Source: the human T2T-CHM13v2.0 reference genome, Homo sapiens
Assembly (NCBI RefSeq): GCF_009914755.1
Contig: NC_060925.1
Reading direction: 5' to 3' (one strand)
DNA length: 64,000 nucleotides
Under the pieces are notes generated by a model. That model was not told where the DNA came from. It ran no database searches and saw nothing but the letters and a program-made list of their open reading frames with translations. Both the position numbers and the translations under genes were made by a program. Positions 12,040-23,510 of this stretch are shown here, piece after piece (the stretch's first letter is position 1; each line of letters opens with the position of its first letter).

Positions 12040-13250
12040 TCAGACAGTAAACCTTAAGTGTTTTTCACATGAATTATTCTTAAACCAGGTATCCCCAGTC
12101 TGTACCTGCTCAGCTTTTGTTTTAAGCCTGAATGCAGATCTTTAGTTCTACCCCTGTTGAATTTCACCTTGTTAGTTTTAGCCAGTCCCATAGTCTGTAG
12201 ATATATTTTGAGTCCTAACTCTGCTATCCCATCCATGAACTCAATAATCATGCTTTCTGCATCTTCATCTAAATCCTTGAAAAAATAGAGGATACAGCCA
12301 AAGATGAAGCCCTGTGATTTATGACAAGATGTTCTCAGATGTTGATGTAATCAGCTGCCTGCGCATGGCTGGTCAATTAACCATGATGTAGCTCTCAATT
12401 TCCATTCAATCCATAAGAATACCAAGGCAAACTTTGTCAGGGGCCTTGCCATATTGGCGGTATTTAGCTGATTTACATAACTAGCAATCTGGTGGAATAT
12501 GGAAATGGGATTCCATTTAATATGCCTTGTTCTCAGTGAACCCATGCTAGTTTCTAGTGACTACTGCTTCTCATCCAAGAGGCCATAAACCATTTGAATA
12601 GTAATTCATCTTAGGATTTCTATAATGATCAGTATCAAATCCAGCAGGCTGTACAATCTGAAATCTGCTTTCTTTCTACAAAAAATCTAGTTTTTCTCAT
12701 CTCTAGTCTTTTGTATCTTTCCCTTAATCATTTCTAAATTGTGGTTTTATGAGCATTTGTACAAGTTTTTTAAAATTCTGGCATAAAACTTGTCAGGTTT
12801 GAAAACTTTTAAAGCCTCTGGGTGACCACTTAAATTTGTTTATCCAGTTTGAGTTTCAAGATTATTTTAACAAAATCGATTTTGTTCCTCTCTGTTGAAA
12901 GATCTTGCCTTTTGGTAAAGAAACAAAATACTTGAGTGATTCTCCTTTCTCTTCTCATCTTTAACGTTGCATCTTTAACGTTCCCCAAGCAGTGAGCTTG
13001 TCCCTTCCTTGTTCTTCTAATTCAGAACATAGCTACTGAAAGCTGTTTTTGTTGTCTCTGGCATTTTTCTAGTCTCTGCTCATTCTGAGTGTTAGCCTGT
13101 CTGGCACTATTTTTACAGGCTTATAATACTCTTTTGTATTTGTCCTTGGTTATGTGTTTCTCTTTCCATCCTTTCTACATAGTATTAATATATTGAATTC
13201 ACTGAACAGTGTTCTGGCTTGCCTCACTCTTATTTCAGGATGTCACCTCA
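12040..13250 (-). mobile_element. CR1/L3 LINE, degenerate reverse-transcriptase region
   Basis: Minus-strand ORF remnants NKVKFNRGRTKDLHSGLKQKLSRYRLG (CR1 NKMKFNKDKCKVLHLG...YRLG) and GSLRTRHIKWNPISIFHQIASYVNQ (CR1 HGFTKNKSCQTNLISFFD.VT..VD). Confidence 0.75.
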
Positions 13251-14424
13251 TTTCTCTCCTATCTCTTCAGAAAAAATGCTATTGCTTGTCTGCTTCTGAA
13301 GGAGATAATGGGGCCCAATATTCAAACAATCGGAAAGCAGCATAATCATCATACATAGATCGCCTTCCATGCCAGCCCCACCTCCTATGATTGGTTTCTT
13401 CCTCCTTTCTTCTGTTCCCTTCACTCACAGGGAGGCAAAGAATAGCAGAGAACCAGAAGGAAATCATGAATTAATGGATGCAAGAGGCTTTTCAGCCTCC
13501 TTGAGCTCTTTGGCCCCATAATTGGTAGGGTTTTATGGTACTAGAGATGCTCAGTGGATCCCATAGTCATCTGCTTAAGCCTGAATTAAGACCTGATTTT
13601 CAGAGGAGGAAAACACAGAAGCTAACAAACTCTGCTGTGTCCAGACCTTAAAGAGTCAATCAAATCTAGATTGCAAAATGATAGGAGTGCATCTAAGGAA
13701 AGAAACTGGTTGGAATGATTCGTATTCATTTCTTCCCACATTAGAGCTGGGACTTTTCTATAATGGCTTGGTATGTATAATGTTGTAGTACACAGTCCCT
13801 TATTCTGGAGACCTGTGAGGCCCGTGAGACCTGGGCCCCTGAGTCTGTTTTCAGTGGCCATGATCCATTGGCAAGAATATTAGAATAGACCAGTTCAGCT
13901 AGGGACCACTCCTCACATATCACAAGCTCTTTCCCCTTTCTGAAGCAAACTTCCAGCCCTGAAATATGAGAAAAATTACATGACTTCCTGCCATCACCTG
14001 TGGAAGAAGAATAAGAGGGCTAATGACATAATATATTGTAAATCTCCTTGGCAAAAGAGGCTACATTATATTTTGATGTACATGATGGTGCTCAAATCTA
14101 GTAGGTGTTCACAATGTTAGCTTCTCCTTTCCTATAAGCTATATTGTTATATTTATTTTCTCACTATCTAAATAATTTTTCTGGTCCATTTTTTCTCCAG
14201 CACTGAAGAAGCCTGATGGAAATTTTATAAATTCAGTGGCTCCCAAGTTCTCTAACCAAGCCTTCCACCCTCACCATCATTCAATAAATGCTCAACTCAG
14301 ACACATTTATATGCCCAAGTGCCTCACATGGCCAGTGATTCCTAAGTGCTAAACAGATTTGTTCTGGACTTGGAGTCTGAGCCTAAGGAGCAAGGCTGAG
14401 ATAATTTAAGCACCTCTTGTAACA

Positions 14425-14670
14425 GAAGGCAACTGGAATTCAATAGAGATAAATGTAAAATATTGAACTAGGGAGCTGAACCATTGGCAGGGTAGAATTC
14501 TAAATGGAAAGGTTATGGCTGAATGACTAAGCAAGGGAGAACACACACCATACCCAAGGAATTCTTGCAGAAATGCAAGTCTTGGGTGGACCCTGCAGAG
14601 AACAAGAGACAGGATGTGGTAGAACAGCATGGCCAAAGGAGAGCTACTGGGGCTCAGTAGAGGCCACTAC
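14425..14670 (+). mobile_element. CR1/L3 fragment
   Basis: Translates QLEFNRDKCKILN*G (CR1 MKFNRDKCKVLHLG), followed by GTCTTGGGTGGAC. Confidence 0.6.
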
Positions 14671-17509
14671 TGGGAAGTCTCCCTCCTGAGGCAGACTGTC
14701 TGACAAGGGACAGAGGGATTTGGCTGGCTATGTCAAGCTGCAGGTTTTAGCTGCTGTCATGAGCAGTCCATTTTGCTTTTTCTCTGCCAGGCTCCAAACA
14801 CCAGAAGTAAAACATCTAATGATAACCTGAGGTATTGGCTGTGTCTACTAGGAAAACAAAAACAAAAACAGCCACTCAGGTTGATTAATTCAATCAAATG
14901 ATTGGCCAAGTTCCACGAAGAGATCGATAGAATCAGTGGTTGACCAAATGGAGAGGTTGAATCAGGAAGCATGATTGATCCCATAACCCCATGCAGAGTC
15001 AGCCAAGCAAGGCATTGTATTTGTCCATGAAAGGGTCTCTTGGGTGCCCACAAATTTGTCTTGCAATGAGTCCATGACATTGGCACAGGCCTGAAATACA
15101 TCTGACATGGTTCTCTCTTTTCCTTCTTTTAAAGTATGTTTTCATACAATTAACGGAAGGGCAGGAATTTGCCCTCTTTTAGATTGGCCACACCAGGAAC
15201 AGAAAAAGGGAATGGAGAAAGCCAGTAAAAAGACAAGTGGATGAACACAGGCTATGATTCAAAAAGTTTTCAAAGCAGTCAACACATTTCTTGGGACACA
15301 AAAATTACTTGCAGTATTTTCTGGACAAGATCCATCAACACTTAGCAAACTAGCAATCCCCAAGAAAGCACTTCATTCCTTAGCTAACGGTTTGCCTATT
15401 TCATGCTCCTCAACAGCCTATCAAAGGGTATTAAAAGACACACCAGTTACTAGCCTTGAGAACAAAAGAGGTGACACAAGCCCAATTTCTCCCTTTGCTT
15501 AGCCTCCTCAATGTCCACTTTGACAGCCCCCAGTCCCTAATGAAGAGGGCATCCATCAATTAAATTAGGGCAGCCTTACAAATCTCTATAGAGTGTTGAC
15601 ATATATACTAAGCTCTTTTGGCCCAAGTTCCAAATTCATTCCTCGCTTTTGGCAAGGAGCAACATGGAGACTTCTGCTGGGAAAACACATCGCTATTGGA
15701 ATGCATGAGAAAGACGAGCTGTGAGTGCTGGTATTGTCCTCACACACACTCTCCTGCCTTCTATTTTCCAATCAACTGTGAACAATTGGGTCCTTTCTGA
15801 CATGTTGGCTGGGTGATAAAGGTTCTGTCTTACAGCTCTGTGTTTTAGCAAAGTGCTTTCTCTAAGGCTCACGCCACCCTTCTCCAAAGTTCACAAAACC
15901 TCCTGGAAAAGCCAGGCTTGTTTGCTTTCCTCCATCACTTCAGAAACTGGTGTGTGCTGAATCTTCATTCTTTAGACCAGAGTCACAGTCAGACTTTCTA
16001 GAGAACCAGTTGTTGATTTAGACAACGATTAGCAAAAGCATAATTATTAGCTTTAAAAGTGCTCTCAAGGCAATCTGTAAGCATCAACAAGCCAAATTGC
16101 AGAAATCCCACTCTGCTCTCCAAGACCCTGACTTCTTCAAGGCACTTGGCAGCTTATGGAAAATGAATTGTACCTGTGTCTTCCCTGCCAGAGGCCCTGG
16201 GGCCTCCCTCCTGCTGCCTGCCCTGTCTCTCTGACCACCCCAAGCAGGACGGGCGGCTGCGAAGTGGGCACCTGGATTCAGATCCATTGCCCCAGAGGTT
16301 CCCTCATTAGCATTCAGTTGTTATGCTTTCCTGGGGCCTTTTGTGGTTTACAGGATGGGAAAGAAACCCCTCATCAAGAGCCTTAGAAAATCTCGTGAGT
16401 GGTGGTTCTTTATTAATCCACTTAATCAGTAAATTACATAATTAATATATCAAATGGTACCTAGAGGCTCAGAATATTTAAAAATAATGTTGTATTGGTT
16501 GCACATTTTGATGCTGACTCTAGACATTCCTGGGGACAGCTCCAGAATTTCCATATAGGAGGGGCTTCAGGGTGCAATTTGGTTTGAAGGGGGGAGCTTA
16601 GGGAACACATGAAATTAAATGTTTATTTGGGGTGGTTTTTGGGAGGGGAGGTCAGCTGGAGACTGGGGCCACTCCTGAACACACCTACACACTGATTTCT
16701 GAGCCCTTCTGCATTCTTGCTGTATTGAAGCAGGCAGGCCCTGGGAATCCAGATGGCTTTGATAAAGCACTCACCTCCAATTTTCTCACCCCTCTGCCAG
16801 CTTCTTGTTCTGCCCTTGGCTCTTTGCCTGCCCTATGTCTGGCTTCCCTCTTCAGCTTTCTACCTGCACCCTTGCCCTTTCCTTCACCACTAACTTTGTT
16901 TCAAAATCTATCTCCTCTTTATCTCAGTCTAGTAATAAATGGCTAAAAGGCAGGAATGCCCAAGGGACTGCCATAAACCAGAATTATGACATAGCATCCA
17001 AGGCTAAAAGCTGAGCTCACTATTCTAGTTTGAGAGCAAATGTTTTAAATGGTTCAGCCCATAAAGAATCCTGGATCTTAAGAAAATCACAAAAGTTTGG
17101 CTTTCTTTTCTTTTTACAAATAAGGACAAACAGGATGACTCTGCCAAGCCAGACATTTTGTTTCTGAGGGTGCTGGCTTTCTAAGAGTGGGCGAGGATAC
17201 GTTGCTTCTTTCTGGGGCTCTTGTCTTTTTAGCATTTCCCTCCTCATTCCACTCCCATCCCCACCAGAGGTGACATCACAGAACAGAAATGGTGAATCTA
17301 CAAACGAGGTCAGACAAACCGGTGGAGGATGAAAACAATAGGTTGACCTTTACAAATATACAGTATTAGATTTGAAAGGGCTTGAACCCAGAGATCAGGA
17401 GCCGAGGGTAAAAGCACTGAATAATAATGCCACCCACTGGGAGCAATTCCACGTAAGGAAGTTATTTCTCACTGAGATCCAACCCTAGAAAATGTCCTCC
17501 CAGGATCCC

Positions 17510-17850
17510 CTGAGTGAGGGTGCAGGGAAATCGGAACACTTATACATTGTTGGCATAATACTTTTGGAGTGTAAATCAGTGACATGTATCCAAACCCTTA
17601 TAGACACACATTGACTTTTTTCTTCAGCATTACTTTCTAGGACTTTACCCTCAGAAAACAATTAAGAAAGTGCACAAGACTTACTTAAAAGGATGCTCAT
17701 CAAAGTACTGTTAGAAATACTGAAAAATGATCTATGTGTCCAATAATGATTCTAGTTAAATAAATTATGGTGTATCATACAATGAAATACCATGAAACTA
17801 CTAAAAAACGAATTACATTTGTTGTCATGTTCATAAGGTATTTTGGGTGG
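17510..17850 (+). mobile_element. L1ME 3' fragment
   Basis: GGAACACTTATACATTGTTGG...TTTCTAGGACTTTACCCTCAG...GTTAAATAAATTATGGTGTATCATACAATGAAATAC. Confidence 0.7.
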
Positions 17851-18440
17851 GAATGAAAGGCAGGAAGGATGTGAATTGAAACTGGACTCAGACCTGGCCC
17901 TCAAAAAGCAGGCAATCTAATAGGGGATGGACAACAGGTAGAATCTTGAAAAGGCTTTCAAAAGAAAAGACAAGACAATCAGATCCTGGTTGATTGTTTT
18001 GTGTTATTTCCACAAAACTCCTTGTTGCTCTATACAAGGTCTAAATTACTCAGCCTCAAGCAGAGAAGGAAGAAAATAAAGAAGACCACATTAGCTTGGG
18101 AACATATCCCTGAATAAACGAGAGTTCATTATGGACTCTTAGTACATCAAAATCCAATTAATTCATTAGCTGTGCACTTGCATTTTTATTCTTTCCCCCT
18201 GGCTGCCAGCCTTTTACCCTATGATGTAGTTTACTAGCAATCCCAAAATGGGGTGAGTAGGGGAAATAAAAAGGAGATGAAATCCAAATGAATCCATTTG
18301 CTACATGTTAAGTATGATGGACGAGAGCGGGTGGTGAAGGCAGAGAAAAGTGCTGACAACACGGTGTTTGTGAGGCTCTGGCAGAGGCCCCGCCTTGCAA
18401 GAGAACAGCCTGTGCGGTGCACATGGGCCCTGAGTAGAAG

Positions 18441-18598
18441 GTGAGTGAGGGAGTCCATGTGTAGTCCTTGGAGCTATAGGGCCCCCAAGCCACATGCTGC
18501 CTGCTGCAGATTTTCTGGGATTGCCAGTGAGAAAGGGGGTTCAGCTGGAAGGGGATCTTCCTCTTCTGACTGCCTACCCTTGAATTCTTTCTTTTCAG
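18441..18598 (+). other. Candidate 158-nt U2-type intron of an unidentified plus-strand transcript
   Basis: Donor AAG|GTGAGT, branch-like TTCTGAC at 18564-18570, polypyrimidine TTCTTTCTTTT and CAG| acceptor. Confidence 0.35.
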
Positions 18599-19189
18599 AA
18601 ACATGACTCCTACAGTCACCACGGAGTGTTTGAGTGACACGAAGTCTCCATGTCATGGATGGCCAGGCAGCTGCTGAATGAGGCATGCTCACGTTCTGAT
18701 TCCCCAGATTAATCAACCTCACTCCTGCCATCTATTCCATCCCTCTGCAATCTCCTACTCACTTGAATATCATAAGTCTACGTTTTTTTGTCCACAAGGA
18801 GAAAATAATTCTTATAACTTTAGTCCCTAGACTGTTACTTTTCAAAGTACTCTTTAGGGAACAGAAAGAGAATGCATCAAATCATGTCTGCAGCTACTGT
18901 CCCTACTGAAATGTGGCACATCTTGTGTGCCATTAGCCCCCATGGCCTTATATTCTTTTCCACAAAACCATTACTCATGTTTTTATTTTCTGCCCTGTTT
19001 CCCTCAGCCTGAGTTGCATTTTTAAAAATGATATCTCAAGATCTTTAAGACACCTACAGTGGTTACCCTTTTATTAGTCCTCCTGTTCAAGCCTTGGCAT
19101 GAAAAATTTAAGACCTCAGATCTCCTAAAAATCATGTGTGTATAATTACGTTTAATTTTGTTTGGAACAATATTTAAGTGTAAATTTCC

Positions 19190-19560
19190 TATGAGAAAAG
19201 AAGAGCCTGGGATGTATGCATTGGAAAAGGAAAGGTGGCCCATGTCGAGGCATTTCCACTGGACCATCTGCCAAGCGAGTCCCTGAGAGCTGACAGTGCT
19301 GCGGGCTGATGGGCTAGCATGTGCACAATGAAAGTTCAACCTAGACAGAAACAGCCTTTCAGGGCTGCCTCCCAGGAGGCCACGGAGGACTGTGATGATT
19401 GACTTGCAGCAGAACCTTGTGCCATCCCCCAAGCAGTCAGGTGATGTGCTATTTAGAAAACACCTCAGAGCCAGGGCAACGAGGAAATGATGGTTGAAGC
19501 ATCTGCGGGTCTAACATGGCCATGGGAGGAGCATCTCTGTTGTGATGTTCATGTCATATC
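19190..19560 (+). mobile_element. Possible CR1/L3 3' fragment
   Basis: GAGCCTGGGATGTATGCATTGGAAAAGGAAAGG resembles CR1 ELGMFSLEKRR; highly degenerate. Confidence 0.35.
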
Positions 19561-21709
19561 AAGAACTCTTTCTATCTAAGGTGGAAAGTGTGGTCTTGTG
19601 GAAGAGAGTGGGGAGTGAGAAGGAGGAACCTGGGACCTCTGCCCCTGTATGCCCTGCACAAGCCCCTCCCTGCTCTGGAACTCATTTGCCTCTCCTGTGA
19701 GATTGCAAGAGAAGTAGGGGCTTTCTAAGCATGGCCCTCCAACTCCTTGATCATTCTAGGAATCTCTGATGCTTTCATGTGAATGAAGTGGGATGGACGT
19801 TCTTAATGAGCTTCTGCCAGTCTCACAATTCCTATAGTTTAACTTAAAAAAAAATCAAGGAAAACAAAGACTGGAGAAATTAATGATGAAAATGCAGTCT
19901 GGCCATTTCTTTATTTCAATTTTCCTGTCATCCTTATGTCCCTAAACCAGGGATAATAACAAGTTAGCAGGTATATTTCTTTACAATAACATAAGTCTGC
20001 CAAAATATTTTCAAGTTTCTTGTTTGACCTTGCTGAAGGCAACATGAGCTCTTACAGCTGACAGATCATCTCAAGCCCAAGCCTCTGTGGTCCCAGAGCA
20101 AAGTCCCACTCAGGTCCAGCTGTGGACAGGCAGGTGCCCATTCAAGGACTGCTTTTCAGGTTTCTTTTCATATACTATCACCCTCATATAGTAAATAATT
20201 ATTTAGCTGTCTGAAGTATGATGATGGATCACTGCTTTTCTCTCTTTAAACATACAAGCCTAACTGCTGTTTTTTTTTTTCTTTTTCCTTGTTGATAGCT
20301 AGTTTCTACCTGTTTCATGTAATTGTTTAAAGAGCCTTGGGCCCATGAAACAAGCTTTGTGGGCATTGCTCGGCAATCAGTTTGTCCTCTTAATAGCTCC
20401 ATCCCTTCCCATAGAGAAGATCCTTCACTTTACAAGAGGTGCTCAGATTTGAAATGATCTGTCTCCCTCCATCCATCAGTCCTTTGCACCTCTTGTCTGC
20501 CTCTTTGCACTATGTGCTCTCCCTTTGCATGGGTCCTTCTGCTTATTTCACTCTCTGAGGTTCTGGAGCCTGTTATCTCGTGTATCCAGTCCTCGGCCTC
20601 CCATCCAATCCTGGATCAATTGCTGGAGCCCTGCAAGTCACTTCATCTCTGTTCACGGTTTCTACTGCAAGGCACAGTGCACAGAAGAGCAATGTGCTGA
20701 GGCTAGAGTTCACAGGAACCCTCCTCTTAGGGACTTGAGACTCTTGAAGGAAGCCATAATGGCTTCCAGATAGATGAAATGGAATACAATGAAGGCAAGG
20801 CAGTTTCACTCTCTTCAGTGCAGACTGCATTGAAAAGGAAGAGCTTGCCTTCATTTTGATGCCAAGACTAAGGAAAAGTTCCTTTGAAGGGTTTCTCTCT
20901 CTTGCCCTGTCCACTTTTTTTTTTAAGTAAGAGGCTTTTTTTTCTAGTCTCAGTATTTTTATTCTACCTTCTATGCAGGGACTGCCAAGGAAGGGCCCGT
21001 GGTTGGCCGGGAAGGAGAGGAAACACAGCACTGAAAGTGAGGATGAGAGAAGGCAAAGAAAGCCGATAAGTTAACCCTCTAGGAGATGGCAAAACGCTAC
21101 CCAAAGGGCTAGGAAGAAAGTTGCATCTCAATTGCACTTGCTGTGGACATCCCATTTTTCTCTTATTTAATTAGAGGCACATGAGTTGAACACAGGAGAT
21201 AAAGACATCTGCAGACAGGTCTTCAAGAGCGCTTCAAGAGTGCTCTCCACTAGCCCTCCTTCTTCCCCACCCCTTCAGTCTGACCAGCAGAGGGCTGTCC
21301 CATGCATGAATGTCCTCCCAGCATCCCAAATTGTGTCCACAAAAGAACCAAAGATTCAATCCCCAAATATTTACTAAGGTCAACTATTGTTCCTAGCTGA
21401 TGCCAGGCAAGCTGTATACAACTGGATCTCTGCTTTCAAGCAGCTGACGATATAATTGTTGGGACAAGACAGAGACAAATGAAACAAAGAAAAACCAGTG
21501 TAAAACCATATATCACTCTGTGATGAAATTTGTGGTTTTTGCAGTTTTGTTTTGACCGGTACTCATAGAACTGTCAGCGATCGATAAAATGCTTGCCGGT
21601 GATATCAATATGTCATCAAAATTAATAGCACACCATGGCTGAGCTCCATTTATTCACTCATTCAACAAGTACTTATTAAGCACTTACTCTAATGATATTT
21701 TTGGATTTG

Positions 21710-21870
21710 CAAAGAGCTTTACACTTTGCTAAACACTTTCACAGTGACTTATTTGATTCTTATCGGGCAGGCAGATTTACAGGAGATAGACAATGAGACT
21801 CAGAAAGGTTAGGTCGTTTTCCAGGTTACCAAGTTGATAAGCCTGAGATCCAAGACTGTAGCTCTCTCTA
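21710..21870 (-). mobile_element. MIR SINE
   Basis: TTTACAGGAGA...GAGACTCAGAAAGGTTAGGTCG...CCAGGTTACC. Confidence 0.6.
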
Positions 21871-23289
21871 GTCATCCATGTACCCTCTTCCAGTCCACCC
21901 CTCAGGCTCAGCCATAAACAATGGCTGTACATTTGAGTCAATATGGTTAGCTGGCGGCCAAGACCTTATGCATCCTACCCACTCCTCCTTCACATACAAT
22001 TATGGATAAAAAGGCTTTCCTTCAAGTTCTGTAAATAGGAGTCCTAGGAATTCCATCTATAGGTTTTGTATAGATCTGCACACACACACTTTCCTGGCCC
22101 TTATACTCTGCTTCTTTCATCCCCGCTCCTTTTGTGTGGAGAAGACCAAACTGCTGATTTGTGATCTTTGTGAATGTCTCCAGAGGCCCAGGATGAACTT
22201 TACAAACCCACCTCAATTTCAGGCCGAGGGGCAGGGTCATTTGCACAACTCTGTCCATCTTTCTCACCCCTCAAACTCTGATTAAAATGGTAATTGAGGG
22301 CAGTTGGGGTGCGGAGGAGAAAAAAGAAAGGAGCTGAGCTTTTATGAGGCTAAAAAAGGCAGCTGTTTTCATTACCACTTGGAGAGGGTGTGTGGGGGGT
22401 GTTCATGTGCAGGGTGGACATGAATGATATGACATGAATGGATTTTATTACTTTAGTCTGTGCCATAGCTGACTATACCCCCAAAGACTAGGGTACCAAG
22501 ATTGATATGTAAAGATTCCCCACAAATCAGAGTGAGGGTGCCTTTTCATGTACGAAGATTGAATTTATCTTTTTCTCTCTTCCCTTCTTCTTTCCTTTTT
22601 TCCTTCCATTTTTCCGCTTTCTCCTTTTGTCCCTTCTTCCTTCTCTCTCTTTTTCTTTATAATGTTCCCCCTTTCACAAATCTATTCCTTACAGCACAAA
22701 TGACTCCTTTATAAAAGGAGTCATCAAAATTAAATTGCATTCCAGACTCCATTGCAAAAAACAAAACTCACTACCAATATCCCCAAATATTTCCATAATG
22801 TTTTTTCTCCCACACCTTTCCTAAATAGAAACATGTCTCTTCACATGACACCAGAATCTCCAGGTTTTTTCATTGGAGGCTACTCCTCCTTCTCTCACCC
22901 AATAGGACCCAGAGATGGTGTTGACATTCCTTGAGGTGCATGTAGATTGATGTCATTTACTGTCTTCCAGACCCACCTCCATTTAGAATTGTGGCACTCT
23001 CTGCTCTTCACCCAGCCCCACTCATCATCAGAGTTAGCTCTAACCCATCTAACACCTCAACCTTAAAGTTTCTTTACCTTCTGAACTAAAAACCTTTGTC
23101 CGCAACCCATCCTGGAGTCCCATGACCTTGGCCCAGTTGAGAAGCTATCATAACATGGGACTGCTCCACCTTTAGAATGTTCACTTTGTCATATCACTCT
23201 CTGACCACCTCTCCTTCTCTTTCTCTCTCTTTTAGTGCCTTTTTAAAGCCCCATCTTCTTTTGAATCTCAGTAAAAATATAATTCTATA

Positions 23290-23510
23290 GTTGATGTTTA
23301 CTGGAAGCTTTTTATGTGCCAAATCCTGTGTGTATATTATCTAATTTATCCTCACAACAACTCTATAGATGTACGTGTTATTACTATCTCCATGTTACAG
23401 ATGAGGAAGCCTCAGCTTAGAGCAATTCCCTCAAAGTGGCACAATTAACAAATGTGTTAAAAAGCTGGCAAGTGCCCCAGAGCTTATACTGCTAACCTGT
23501 ATGCTAAAAC
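23290..23510 (-). mobile_element. MIR SINE, probably inserted in an L2 remnant (about 22.9-23.7 kb)
   Basis: ATCTAATTTATCCTCACAACAACTCTAT...CATGTTACAGATGAGGAAGC. Confidence 0.75.

Noticed and set aside
21120-21155. AATTGCAC resembling a miR-25/92/363/367 family 5' end
   Set aside because: Only the seed matches; no pre-miRNA-length hairpin is visible.
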